Origin: the human T2T-CHM13v2.0 reference genome, Homo sapiens
Assembly (NCBI RefSeq): GCF_009914755.1
Contig: NC_060944.1
Length of the DNA stretch: 64,000 bases
Direction: 5' to 3' (one strand)
Below the pieces are notes generated by a model. It searched no databases. It was not told the origin of the DNA and saw only the letters and a list, made by a program, of their open reading frames with translations. Position 1 is the stretch's first letter. Each line of letters begins with the position of its first letter. Of this stretch, positions 1 to 21,244 are shown piece by piece. A program made the translations under genes and the position numbers.

Positions 1-305
1 AGGTAATTATGGTCTGGCCAATTAAATGTAAGTAGAAGCATTATATAGAACTCCTGGAGTGATTGTCAGAGGGGAGGGGATGAAAACTCTTTTGCTCTTT
101 CCTCCTCCTTCCAGACTACAATTTGAACAAGGTGTCCAGAGCTTTAGCATCCTTCTTAGATCATGAGGTGACCTTGAGGATGGAAGTCCTATGCTAGAAC
201 GATGAATACAATAGACAGAAGGAGCTGGATCCCCGATAGCCATGGAGCTGCTGTACTGGCCCTGAGCTGCCTGACTCCACATTTCTTTAAATTCATCTGT
301 TTTAA

Positions 306-578
<273 letters not shown>

Positions 579-680
579 TGAGCCACTGCGCCTGGCCTCT
601 TTAAGTTCATCTGTTTTAAATTGTTGTTATTTGGAGGTTTTCTGTTGCATGCAACCAGCCAAACCTAATCATAACTGACA

Positions 681-1188
681 TGTTGTTCTGGTTATCTATT
701 GCTGCATAAAGAGGAACTCCCAAAAGAACTATTTTGTCAAACTTACTGATTCTGGGGATCAGGAGTTTTGACAGGACTTTGTGGGCATGGCTTGACTCTG
801 CTCCATGCTCTCTGGAGCCCCAGCTGGGAAGACTTGATGGTTTAGTGTGACTCAAGCAGCTGGGGACTGGGATCATCTGGAGGACTCTTCACTCACATGT
901 CTGGCACCTGGACTGAGATAACAAAAAGACTGGACTCAGCTGGCATTGCTGACTGAAGCATCTACACATGGCTTCTCCATGTGACTTGGGCTTCCTTACA
1001 ACATGGCAGTCTCTGGGCAGTCAGACTTGTTAAAAGTGGCTCAGAGGTCCTTGAGCAATTGTTCCACTGAACAAGGTGGAAGCTGTTTGGCTTCTTCCTT
1101 ATTTCCTTTTTCTTTAATTTCCTCTAAAATATTTTATCTTCTTGTTTGGCCTCTTCTGACCTCGCTTCAGAAGTCATGCAGCATCAAC
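681..1188 (-). mobile_element. MLT1 (ERVL-MaLR) LTR fragment
   Basis: Starts tgttctggttatctattgctgcataa (reverse complement of a MaLR LTR 3' end) and has a typical MLT1 body; abuts the CD24 retrocopy. Confidence 0.6.
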
Positions 1189-1194
1189 CTTGTC

Positions 1195-5154
<3,960 letters not shown>

Positions 5155-5715
5155 GCTGCAAGCAGTGGCTCATACCTGTAATCCCAACACTTTAGGAGGC
5201 TGAGGCAGGAGGATCACTTGAACCTAGGAGTTTGAGACCAGCCTGGCCAACATGGCAAAACCCCATGTCTAAGAAAATATATATTTTTAACTTTTTTAAC
5301 AATATCAAAAATAAGAATCACATAAATAAACAGATTCTTCAAATTCTGAAAAGAGCCACAAAGCTTTATAAATTGTACAGGGGCATGAACTCGTAAGGTA
5401 TTATAATTGCCTGGCACATAGTAGGCTCTCAATACATTTGCAAACTCCACACACACCTTACTTTCTTTTGCTTTATTTTTCTCTATTTATCTGCATTAAC
5501 ATGCTATGTAACACATAACTATACATTAACGTTTTACAAATTACAAATTTTTCTTGTTTTTTTTTTTTTTTTTTTTGAGACAGAGTCTCACTCTGTCGCC
5601 CAGGCTGGAGTGCAGTGGGCTCACTGCAACCTCCGCCTCCCAGGTTCAAGCCAGTCTCCTGCCTCAGCCTCCCAAGTAGCTGGGATTGTAGGCGCCCGCC
5701 ACCACGCCCGGCTAA

Positions 5716-6097
<382 letters not shown>

Positions 6098-6593
6098 TGA
6101 TCCACCCGCCTCGGCCTCCTAGAGTGCTGGGATTACAGGCGTGAGCCACTGCGCCCAGCCCATTTTACAGACTTTTATTTTGTTCAGTTTCTTTATTGTC
6201 TTCCCAACGTCCCCCCACACACACTGCACTAAAATGCAAGCTTCACGAAGGCAAGGAGGAACTTTTGCCTGTATTGTTCACCTCAGTGTCCCCAGAGCCT
6301 AGGTCAGTTGTTGGCATATTGAGGGACATTCAATAAATATTTAAGGAGTGAATAAACAATTGGATACCCAATAAATGCATGTATGAATAAACACATTCTT
6401 AGTTATTCGGAATATGAGGATTTGCGGAGAGTGGACAGCAGGGGATTGAGGAGACCGGCTGGGACTGGGAAATGGGCATTCGGGTCGCATGCCCACCGCA
6501 GTGGCCCAGAGCCCCTGTCCGGACCGCTAACAAGTTGCTTAGCAACCCGCCGCCCGGCCCTCGGCCACCGCTAGAGGGCGAGCGGGCGGGGAG

Positions 6594-6642
6594 ACGTGCA
6601 CGCGCGCGCGCGTGCGTGCAAGCGTGTGTGCGCGCGTGCGCG
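6594..6642. repeat. Alternating purine-pyrimidine tract incl. (CG)6
   Basis: ACGTGCA(CG)6TGCGTGCA-A-GCGTGTGTGCGCGCGTGCGCG. Confidence 0.9.
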
Positions 6643-6777
6643 GCGCGGGCTTGGGAGGGAGCACGTCACTTCCTGTTGCCTTAGGGGAACGTGGCTTTCC
6701 CTGCAGAGCCGGTGTCTCCGCCTGCGTCCCTGCTGCAGCAACCGGAGCTGGAGTCGGATCCCGAACGCACCCTCGCC

Positions 6778-6960
6778 ATGGACTCGGCCCTCAGCGATCC
6801 GCATAACGGCAGTGCCGAGGCAGGCGGCCCCACCAACAGCACTACGCGGCCGCCTTCCACGCCCGAGGGCATCGCGCTGGCCTACGGCAGCCTCCTGCTC
6901 ATGGCGCTGCTGCCCATCTTCTTCGGCGCCCTGCGCTCCGTACGCTGCGCCCGCGGCAAG
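6778..6960 (+). CDS. HM13: HM13 / signal peptide peptidase coding exon 1 (aa 1-61)
   Basis: ATG in gccATGg context; translates MDSALSDPHNGSAEAGGPTNSTTRPPSTPEGIALAYGSLLLMALLPIFFGALRSVRCARGK; donor AAG|GTAGGG at 6961; 183 nt, phase 0. Confidence 0.98.
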
Positions 6961-9900
6961 GTAGGGTCAGCGGGAAAACCGGGCACTTTCCACCCCCATA
7001 CCGAACACGGCCGACATGGACCCTTCCTAGGCGGGACAGACACCTCTCCCCGGACACTGACTCTTCCCAGCCCTGATCACCACCGTTCCCTCTGTCTCGG
7101 GCCCACATTCCGGGGCTGGCATTTCCTACCCCGGGATCTGGGCACCGACCCCCGACCAGGGTATGATACCTTCCCCAATAGGAACTTGCTTCTGCTCCCG
7201 ACCCGGACCCTGACACTTCCCTCCCTGTGCATCATGCCGCGGCTGGGAACGCTGTCAGCCCGTCCCCCACTGCGACTCGGGCACTGATTGTTCTGAGCCT
7301 GTTGGGCCCAGGCAGATCAGCCCCATCATGTATACCTGATGGATACTGGTCCTCACAACTTACTGAATGGTACAATTTCGTGTCATTCCCTGTTAGGAAC
7401 CCTGCCTCAGCCCACCGCAGGGCCCTTTCTACCATCCAGACCCATCCCTAGACTCTGACTCCTGTCTCACTGGAATCTATGGCACCTTATGTGCTCACCT
7501 AGATCCCCCACACCTGGCCCTTGCCCCTGCCTCAAAAACAATGATCTCTTAGAGCCCAGTTTTTCACATCACTTTCTGGAACCATCCCAGTCAGCTGGCT
7601 CCTCAGAAGCTGGCATCTTGGTGCCTCTACTTTCCAACTAGGCATGGACGTCTTATTTTCCTGGTTTCCTCTCTTAACTACCATCCAACCTTGGACATGG
7701 CCTAGTCAAAACCTAGACCTTGTTCCTAACCTGTAACCCTTTTCCCACCCAGCCTTTGACCCTATCTCAAAGTAGCCCTTCTCCCCATACCCCCAAGACA
7801 ATCCCCCCACCAAACTGGGCCTGTCTGCTGGGCCACTGTTGGCCCCTCTTGTGAGACTGGGCCAGACTCCATCCCTGGCCTTCCTCAACATCTGTCCTAT
7901 TGGATAACTAGGAGGACTCCAGCACATTTCACCTTCTGCTTCTCCCTCCCCCTTCCCTGCCCCACTTCTTCCCTATATTAAGCCCTTTCTAGCCCGTTGT
8001 ACCAATGACTTTTCACTTCCTGGCACCCTCTCCCTTCCTCCACAACCTCTTAATCTGCACCTTCCCGATGCTCCTCCCCCACCCAGACCTGAGGATGGAC
8101 CTAAGTGGAAGTCTTGCCCAAAGAGGGCAGGCCCACAAAGCAGCTGCCACTTTTGAAACTGCTGAAGCTGAGGTTCTCAAAACACTACCCAACTTGAGCA
8201 GTAGCTGAGGCCTGCCATCTTCCTTCCCCAGGAGCAGAGAACTCACTACTGGCTCTGTATGCGATCAGATGCAAAGGAAAGTAGTTAGGCGGGGCTTAGG
8301 CTGAGAGACTCAAACATGACTCCATTTTCCTTTTTATTTGGCTTTTTCTAAGCTGAGTTCAGGTGATATTAAGCCTCTCTACTATGCCTGTCAGGTAGAC
8401 ACTTAGTGTAGAGAGCAGTTCTGAGATAACCCAGGACAGAGGAGGCGAAGGACAGCTGGCATAAGGCTAGGCAGCTTGATCTGAGCTGCTCTCCAAACTG
8501 AGTAATTCTCCCTGGCACCTTCTGTACATGGATCACTAATCTCTGCAGAAAACACCTTCCAGGCAACAGTATTTCCTGAACTTCCACCACTGTCAGGGGT
8601 AAGGGAGGATTGCTGCAAAGATGAGTAGGTCAGAGCCCTGTCACCAAGGAATTCGGGAGCGTAGGTGAAAGAATAATAACTAGATTGTGATTATACTACA
8701 AGCAATGCTACAAGGTTTAGGGAGAAAGATTGAGCACATCTGGGACAATGCAGGGAGGCTTTGTGCTAGAGGTAGGCCTGAGCCTTGACGTAGAGGTAGA
8801 ATTTCAGCCAGGAGAAGGCATTCTAAGCAAAAGAAACCAGGTAAGCAGAGAGAGGTACGGAGGCAGGAGGCTACGAGGCAGTTCAGGAAATAGTGGAAGG
8901 TTTGGTGTGGCTGGAACAGAGGGTATGGATAGGAGAAAGCCTTAGCCTCTGAATACCTCTCCCAAGCATCTCCTGCAGGGCAGCAGGGTGTGGAGGACTG
9001 TATGAATTTACAAACAGGACCTGACCATTAAGAGCCTGCCACCACCAATGACCCAGATGCGGTAAAGCTTGCAAAACCTTGACGCCCTTTGATGCTCACA
9101 GCAACTGAGGTGGCAGGCAGAGCCAGTTTCATTATCCTCATTGTACAGGAAAAGAAACTGAGAGTCAAAGAAATGACTTCTGAAGATCACTCTGCCATTT
9201 AGGGGCAGAATCAGGTATGCCTAGTCCTCGTCCAGGGCTCTCTCCTAACACAGGTACCTTTAAAGACAAGCAGCATTGACCTAGGGAAAGGACAGGGCAA
9301 ATGACTCCCCTTCTACCCTGAGTCGTTTCCCTGGTCATGTGAAAAGGAGAGAGAAGAGTTAGTGTGGGGACCCAGTTTTGATTTCCCACCAGTGTTGGAC
9401 CCCAAAACCAGTTGGGAGAGAGGGAATGTGAGGACAGAATCCCCAAGGGTCAAGGTGTCCATAACAGGCAGGGAAAATTGTGAAATCATGGAGAGAAAGA
9501 AGGTAGAGCCTCCAGGAGTATGTTGTGAAGAAGTAGCCTTGGGAGGAGCAGTCTCAGAGCAGCACCCATCACTGTCAGAGTCCTATATCCCAGACAGAAG
9601 CGAATATGACCCAGGCAGTAGCTGCACATTAAACATTGGTTTAAAGGGCCCTCAGCGAACAGGACTGGGTGCCTGCTGTGGGCTAGGCTCTGGGCTGGGT
9701 ACCAGGAGTTCCGGGACAAAGAAGGCCAAGCCCTGCCCTCACTGAGCCCAGTCACCAAGGAGAAACAGACATGTGACTAGTCAAGTAAATAGAGCTCTGA
9801 TAGGCCTCCTGGAGGGGGCAGCAGTTGTCTCTGCATGGATTGGGAGAGTCCAACAGGCAGAGCAGGAGAAGGTGGGGCAGGGGACCACAAGATGTGTTCA

Positions 9901-10225
9901 GGGAGGCAGTGAAGAGTGTGGTGTGAGCCCAGGAGAGGGGCTTGGATGTAGTGACAAGATGTTCAGGAAGCCCGTGGCCTTTCTGGGGAAGAGAATCCTG
10001 AAAGCAATGCAGCGGTTAATCGTATTGTTACAAAAATACTATACACTTGTTAAAAAAAAAAAAAATCAAGCAGTGCAGAAGTATAAAGGAAAAGCCTCCT
10101 GGGCACTATTCCTTGGAAGTAACCCAACTGGCTGTTGAGTATATAACCTTTGAGAGTTTTTTCTGTGTTTACACATTCATTGTATATGTGTCTGTGTATA
10201 TAGACATGTAAATTTATTTTTATAA

Positions 10226-10913
<688 letters not shown>

Positions 10914-11074
10914 TCAGTACATATAGACCTAAAGTTAACCAGACATGATGGCATGCACCTGTAGTCCTAGCTACTCTGGAGGTTGAGGCGAGAGGATAAC
11001 TTGAGCCCAGGAGTTCAAGGCTGCAGTGAGCCCTGATTGCACCACTGGGCAACAGTGAGACCCTGTCTCAAAAA

Positions 11075-11111
11075 ATATATACATATATATATAGAGAGAG
11101 AGAGAGAGAGA
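11075..11111. repeat. (TA)n(GA)n microsatellite on an Alu tail
   Basis: atatatacatatatatatagagagagagagagagaga. Confidence 0.85.
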
Positions 11112-11264
11112 TCTACCTCATCTTTTATGGTGGGGAGGGTAGGTAATACATGCCCATGGTACAGAATTCAAAAGGTACAAAGGGGTGCACAGTGAAAGTC
11201 TCCCTGCTACCCCAAGCTGCCCTATTTCCCTCCTCAGAGGCAGCCCCTCTCCTGTGTTTCTTAG

Positions 11265-11660
<396 letters not shown>

Positions 11661-11762
11661 TAATGTGTGTTGCAGATCCAATCATGTCAGTACATAGGGG
11701 GTGGGTGTGTTCTTTAACAGCTGTATGGTATCCCACTTGTACTCCAGTTTGCTTAGAATGCT

Positions 11763-11925
11763 AGTTCTCTAGTATCTGGTCCCTGGGCCAGCAGTGTCAG
11801 CATCACCCCAGAACTTGTTAGAAATGCACATTCTGAATCAGAAGCTCAAGGTGGGCCCAGCAATGTGTGTTTTAACAAGCCCACCTGGTGATTCTGATGC
11901 ATGCTCAAATTTGAGAATTTGAGTC
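11763..11925. mobile_element. MER5A-type hAT MITE
   Basis: cagcatcacc...cttgttagaaatgca...gaatcagaa...gggcccagcaat...gtgattctgatgcatgctcaaatttgagaa. Similar fragments occur at about 53395-53577 and 58055-58190. Confidence 0.7.
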
Positions 11926-12460
11926 CCCAACTGGTCATTTAGGTTGTTTCAGTCTTTTGCTATTACAAACCATGCTGAAATTAATAACATTATACATTTT
12001 TATTTCACACTTGTCTGTGTATTTGTGGGATAAATTTCTCAAAATTGGTGGGTCGAAGGCTATGCACACTTTTTTTTTTTTTTTTTTTGAGACAGTCTCG
12101 CTCTGTTGCCCAGGCTGAGTGTGAGTGCGGTGGTGCCATCTCAGCTCACTGCAACCTCTGCCTCCTGGGTTCAAGCAATTCTCCCACCTCAGCCTCTTGA
12201 GTAGCTGGGATTACAGGATTACAGGCGCGCACCCACCACACCTGGCTAATTTTTATGTTTTTCATACAGATGGGGTTTTACCATGTTGGCCAGGCTGGTC
12301 TCAAACTCCTGACCTCAGGTGATCTGCCCGCCTTGGCCTCCTAAAGTGCTGGGATTACAGGCGTGAGCCACTGTTCCCAGCCCACACTTTTTATTTAGAT
12401 AGATTTTACCATATGATCCACTATAGAGGTTGTATCAGTTTACTTTCCCACCAGCAATGA

Positions 12461-12902
<442 letters not shown>

Positions 12903-13767
12903 TGATAGGCAGGAGGGAGAAGTGTAATGTTGGTGCAGGGGTTGTGAAGACAGCAATGCAGCAATGAGGGCCAAAGGATTGGGGTGGGAAGTTAGGAAAG
13001 GTAACCTTGGAGAGCTGAGTGACTGGATGTTGTGGTAAAGAATGGAGACTCTGGAGTCTCCAGCTGGGTCAACAGTAACAGAATGGCCCATGAATTTCAG
13101 ATCATTTCCAGGGCATGGCGTAGAAGCAGTGCTCCGAGAGCTTGAACCGTGCCAATGGCTTGAAGCAGGCATCTGTCCTCTCTTACAGCTTTTGTTTCCG
13201 CTCTGATAACAACATCCAGAATGTCACTGGAAGCTACATTTACTTCTGCTGTTTGTGTCAGGTTTTTCCCCCACTTTCTAATTGTGTTTTATGTTGCAGG
13301 ATCTATTGTATTTACATACACAAATCTGGTTAAAAAATCGCAATTGGATTGGTAAAGAATCCTAGCAACTTTTTAGTATTTTTGTAACTACAAAGATTAG
13401 CTGTTCAGTTACCTTCAGGATTCTGTTCCTCAGAAAGGTTGCAGGCTTCCCAAGTATCTTCCTGTTAAAACTTTCCAACCGAAATTTCCAGATAGGAAAG
13501 ATAGAAATCTTCTAGGAAACAGCTCCCAAGAGTTTGGGGTCTGGAACTGGACTGCCTCAGTTTCAGTCCTGGCTCTGCCACTCACCAGCTGTGTGACACT
13601 AAGCAAGTTACTTCACCTCTCTAGACCTCCGCTTCCTCATCTGTAAAAGAGCTATTAAAAGTACCTGCTGGCCAGGCGTGATGGCTCACGCCTGTAATCC
13701 CAGCACTTCGGGAGGCCAAGGCAGGCAGATCACAAGGTCAGGATCTTGTGACAGACCATCCTGACTA

Positions 13768-14065
<298 letters not shown>

Positions 14066-15207
14066 TCAGGTCTCCCATTCTTTTTTTTTTTTTTTTTTTA
14101 ATGGAGGCAGAGTATCTCCATGTTGCCCATGCTGGTCTCAAACTCCTGGGCTCAACCGATCTGCCCACCTTGACCTCCCAAAGTGCTGGGATTACAGTCC
14201 AGTCTCCCATTCTGACTCAGCATTGCAGCATGGGATATTTATAAGTCACCCGCAAAGGAGACCAGAGTCCTCTGTGTAATGGAGAGGATCTGTCCAACCT
14301 TGGTTTGTCACTGAATAAGATTAGGCCTCTTCCCACCCAGGGTGCTGAGCTGAATTGAAAGGAATATGTGGAAATGAGCCATAATGCTGGTTTGTAGGTG
14401 AAGCCACAGAGTCCTGCGTGTCCTTTGACAGCCCTGAGCCTCTGCATGTGCATATCTTTCTGCCTGATAAGCACTTCCTTTCCTTGTACACAAAGCACAC
14501 TCCTCAAGCCGGGCATGGTGGCTCACACCTGTAATCCCAGCACTTTGGGAGGCCAAGGCAGGCAGATCATCTGAGGTCAGGAGTTTGAGACCAGCCTGGC
14601 CAACATGGTGAAACCCCATCTCTACTAAAAATACAAAATTAGCTGGGTGTGGTGGCAGGTGCCTATAATCCCAGCTACTCAGGAGGCCGAGGCAGAGAAT
14701 CACTTGATTTGTAGTGAGCTGAGATTGTGCCATTGCACTCCAGCCTGTGCAAAAAGAGCAAAACTCCACTAAAAAAAAACAAAAAAAAAAAACTGACAAG
14801 CTGACTCCTAAACCCAGTCAGCATTTGTCTGGCTCCAGACTACCAGACACTGTGCTTGACCATCAAGGCCTTGCTTAAGTGGTACCTGCTCTTGCCACCT
14901 CTGACTCCCTTACTTCTCTGCAGAAATAGTGTCTTGTTGGCTGTGTCGTGATTCCGTTTTGCATAATAATGATACAAATGGTGTATACGGTTTAAATGAT
15001 GACTCGAGATACAATGCTGAGTACTTCCAAAGCAGAAATCAGAATCCTCACAACTTGTTTTACAGCTGAGGAAATTGAGGCTTAGAGAAAAAAAAAATCA
15101 CTTTCCCAAGGTCCCACAGCTGGGAAGTAGAGCTGGGAGTCCAAATGGACTTCCTGATCTCAGAGTCCCTTCATAACTGCTGATGTTCATACTGTGTGTC
15201 ACAGTGA

Positions 15208-15807
<600 letters not shown>

Positions 15808-16886
15808 TAAAATAGAATACGTGTTCCCTGTAATATGTATCATGTCACAGTATTAACCTACCTGCCTGTGAGTGTTTCAAGATCAGGAACTCATTTTTGT
15901 ACCCATACTACTGCTACACAGGAAATGTATTGAATGTGTGGAGATGCTCAGAGGGGATGAGGAACTTGCCCAAGTCCCACAGCACACTGCTGGCAAAAGC
16001 AGAAGCCAAGGGTTGGGAGAGAATAGGGAAGGAAGGAAACTGGGCCTCTCATGTGGGTATTGTTCACCCACCCCACTCCCACCTCCTAGCAAAGCTGTCC
16101 AAGTGACTCACATGGAGCTGCCTCCAGTGGCTCCAGAGGGGAGGGTCTCCCTTCCAGCCCAGAGCCTGGGCTGCCTCAGCCATGCATAGGCAAGGGTGTG
16201 GTTAGGGGCCTCCTCACTCACCTCTCCCTGATAGTCACAACCCCCAATACAGGCACAGTACTTTAGTTTGCCAGGCTGTTTCGCATCCCATATCTTATTT
16301 GCTTTAAGACTCCTATGGGGCTGGGTGTGGTGGTTCACGCCTATAATCTCAGCATTTTGGGAGGCCAAGGCAGGAGGATCACTTGATGCCAGGAGTTCAA
16401 GGCTGCAGTGAGCTATGATCCTGCCACTGCACTCCAGCTTGGGCAACAGAGAGAGACCCTGTCACTTTTCTTTAAAAAAAAAAGAAGGCTCTTGGACCTT
16501 TTTTGAAGTGAGGCTAGAGATTGTCCTCCTGTTTGACAGAGAAGTAAACCCAGTCACTCAGCAAGCCGTTAACAGAGCAAGGAATACCTTGGATACACTT
16601 TATGTGTAGCATTTTACTTATTTATGAACTATATCTGTAGGGAGAATTCCCACAGATGGAATTGCTTGGTCAAAGGGTATGTGCATTTGTAATTTTTTGT
16701 GTATTGCCTAGTTGCTTTCTACAGGAAGACAGATTGACTCCCATAGGCAGTGTGGGAGACTACATCTTTCCCCGTAGCCCCACCGACTCAGTATGTTACC
16801 CAGTGTGTGGATTCTTACCTTTCCGATAGACAAAAAACAGAATCTCAGTGTGCTTTAGTTTGAGCTCTTATTAAGAGTGAGAATAA

Positions 16887-17144
<258 letters not shown>

Positions 17145-18605
17145 TAGCCAGGATGGTCTTGATCTCCTGACCTCACGATCCGCCTGCCTCGGCCTCCCAA
17201 AGTGCTGGGATTACAAGCGTGAGCCATTGTGCCCGGCCTCTGTGGCTCCTCTTTTTGTATCTTTGGGCATGTGGAAATTTCAGTCTAATGCATCCTGCCA
17301 AATTACCCTCCCGAAAAGGCTGGACAGGTTTATACTTTAGGCCAGTGCTGTCTATGTATTTCCTTTAGCCAGGCACAGTGGTGCATGCCTGTAATCCCAG
17401 CTACTTGGGAGGCTGAGGCAAGAGGATTACTTAAACCCAGGATTTCGAATCTAGCCCACACCTCCCTCTCCTAGTAGTCATTTTGTGGGCTTACTGCCCT
17501 CTGCCCCATCTCCTTCCCTCTTTGCAACCTTCCACCTGGGACACTAGGGCCTCTCTGAGCCAGTCTTACCTTCTCCAGACACCCTCTCTCTTAGCAGGTT
17601 TTTTATTGTTGGTTTTTGTCAGCCAAAATATTTGTGAGTCTCCATAACTGAATGTGATCCCTTCTTCTAGGGATGCTGGTGCTTTACTTGCAAGATGGAT
17701 ATGGTGATAGTAGAATCTCAGGCACTGTAATGAGCCTGGCTACTATGGAAAGAACTTCAGCATGAGCAGGAGTCTAATCTGGCATTGCTAGGACTTTTGG
17801 TAGCCATGATATAAAACAGTTGCAGAGTAGGCTTGTCCCAGCGGGGAAATCTGGAAGGGCTTCGTGGCAGTGACATTTACTAGGCCCTTGAGGACTGTGA
17901 GGATTTTGCCTAGCAGAGAGAGGGCAGGTAGAGACCACTGTGATCCTGGAAGCTTTTGACCCTGTTTGGAATACAAATTTATACCAAAAAAAAAAGAAAA
18001 AAAGAAAAGAAAGAAAAGAAATTTATACCAGTACTATATATCATTGATAAATTTTCATTAGAAAGTTCTGGCCAGGTACAATGGCTCACACCTATAAGTC
18101 CAGCACTTTGTGAGGCTAAGGCGGGTAAATCACCTGAGGCCAGGAGTTTGAGACCAGCCTGGCCGACATTGTGAAACCCCCTCTCTGCAAAAAACACAAA
18201 AATTAGCCAGGTATGGTGGCATGTGCCTGTAGTCCCAGCTACTTGAGAGGCTGAGGCGGGAGAATTGATTGAACCAGGAGGCAGAGGTTGCCGTGAGCCA
18301 AGATTGCACCACTGCACTCCAGCCTAGGTGACAGAGCTCATGAGACTCCATCTCAAAAAACAAAAAAGAAAGTTCGTCATAAATCCTTTTTTTTTTTTTT
18401 TAGACGGAGTCTTGCTGTGTCTCCCAGGCTAGAGTGTTCAGTTGTGCGATCTCAGCTGACTGCAACCTCCACCTCCTGGGTTCAAGCGATTCTCCTGACT
18501 CAGCCTCCTGAGTAGCTGGGATTATAGGTGCCCGCCACTGCGCCCGGCTAATTTTTGTATTTTTAGTAGAGACGGGGTTTCACCATGTTGGCCAGGCTGG
18601 TCTCA

Positions 18606-18698
<93 letters not shown>

Positions 18699-19709
18699 CT
18701 ATGAAGCTAATCTATTCCTATGTTGATCTGTTACTCCATTTTCAATTCTTTTCCATTTTTATAATACTGAAATTATTTTGATTGCATTCAGTTCTTTTTC
18801 ATGTAAATATTTATCCTTCATCAGTTCTTTACCCACATCACATTCTTGCCAACTATAGCATCTGCCATTATAAATTTAATTGTGGCTTTTATTTTTACCA
18901 TTTTCAAGTCTGCCAGTCAAATTTCTTAAATTTAAGTTTTGTCAAGATTTGCTTCTCCTCACAGTTGGTGTCTCCCTATGTGCAGTTTCAGCCATTGTCT
19001 GTCTTGTTTGTTGTTAATTTCAACTCATAATATTCATTACCTACTGGATGACAGAATAGTCATTTTTCCCTCTTGGCTGATCCATTAGAAAACTGAAAAC
19101 AATTTTCTTCGAGAGGTCTGAAACTGCTGTGGCATCACTGGTGTCCAGGTTTTCTTCTCTCAGTTATTCCATACTGGAATGGCCTCTGCCATAGCCCTTC
19201 TCCCCAGATGTGTCACACATGCCCTGGGTTCTCCTTGGTCTCTTGATCAGGGTCCAGATCTCCTCATGGTAGAATGGCAGGATCAGCCAGGCATGGTGGT
19301 TCATACCTGTAATCCCAGCACTTTGGGAGGCCGAAGCAGGTGGATCACTTGAGGTCAGTTCGAGACCAGCCTAGCCAACATGGTAAAACTCCATCTCTGC
19401 TAAAAATACAAAAATTAGCTGTGCATGGTTGTGCATGCCTATAGTCCCAGCTACTCGGGAGGCTGAGGCAGGAGAATCGCCTGAACCCAGGAAGCGGAGG
19501 CTGTAGTGAGCCAAGATTGTGCCACTTCATTCCAGCCTGGGTGATAGAGCAAGACTCCATCTCAAAAAAAAAAAAATGGCAAGATCAGAGCATCTTGCCC
19601 CAGGATGAGGCAGGCAGCATCCCTAGCCAAGGGAATAGCATTAGCAGAGCCTTGCAGGAACATATGGGAACCAGCCGTGCTGAGCCATTGTCATTCTTCT
19701 CTCCTCTAG

Positions 19710-19808
19710 AATGCTTCAGACATGCCTGAAACAATCACCAGCCGGGATGCCGCCCGCTTCCCCATCATCGCCAGCTGCACACTCTTGGGGCTCTACCTCT
19801 TTTTCAAA
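19710..19808 (+). CDS. HM13: HM13 coding exon 2
   Basis: Acceptor ttctctcctctag|; NASDMPETITSRDAARFPIIASCTLLGLYLFFK; donor AAA|GTAAGT; 99 nt. Confidence 0.97.
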
Positions 19809-20461
19809 GTAAGTCTTTTGCCACCTGTTGTGTCATTTGATCTAAATGACTTTATCTTATTTTGTTTTATTTTTCCCATCACAAGAACCATGCATGTTCA
19901 TTTATAGAAAATAAAGAAGAAAGAAAAATTAATAATTCACCCATAGACCTACCCAAAGACAACAACTGTTAGTGTTTGGGACCCTTTCTCACTAGTCCGT
20001 ATTTCTTTTCTCCATGTAGCTTTTTGTTTTGTTTTTGTGATATCAGTTTGGTTTCATTGTACTGTTTATGTTGGGATGGGGTATAGCTTGTGCTCAGACA
20101 TACCTCTACCATACTAATGGCCTTTTTTTTTTTTTTAATTTATCGAGGTTTATTTTCCCAATAAAAGTTATGCAGGCTCAGTGTTGAAAACCTGGAAAAC
20201 ACAGAAAAGTAAAAAGGGAAAAACAGCAGTCATCCAAAACCCCACTACCAGAGACAGTCACAGTTTCCCTTCGGAGGTGTGTCCTTCCACTGTTTCTCCC
20301 TGTGCATGGTTTCTCCGTAGCTGTGACCACATGGTGTATTCAGTTTGTAGCTGCTTTTTTCACTTCACATTAATAACATCATAAACATTTTCTCATGTTA
20401 CTGCAAACCTTCCTTAGTTGTACTATTTTCTGGATTATAAAAATATATTCAGAAAAACTAA

Positions 20462-20836
<375 letters not shown>

Positions 20837-20839
20837 TAG

Positions 20840-21244
<405 letters not shown>

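Larger units (their letters stand above)
6440..7290 (+). promoter_or_regulatory. HM13 CpG-island promoter
   Basis: High CpG/GC content spanning exon 1; palindromic RFX X-box GTTGCTTAGCAAC 6534-6546; CTCF-like CCGCTAGAGGGCG 6568-6580; GC boxes; overlapping CRE/ETS CACGTCACTTCCTG 6662-6675; no TATA box. Confidence 0.9.

Noticed and set aside
6961-7287. ORF continuing past exon 1 (198-aa track entry)
   Set aside because: Read-through of a good donor into a GC-rich intron, where stops are rare by composition.
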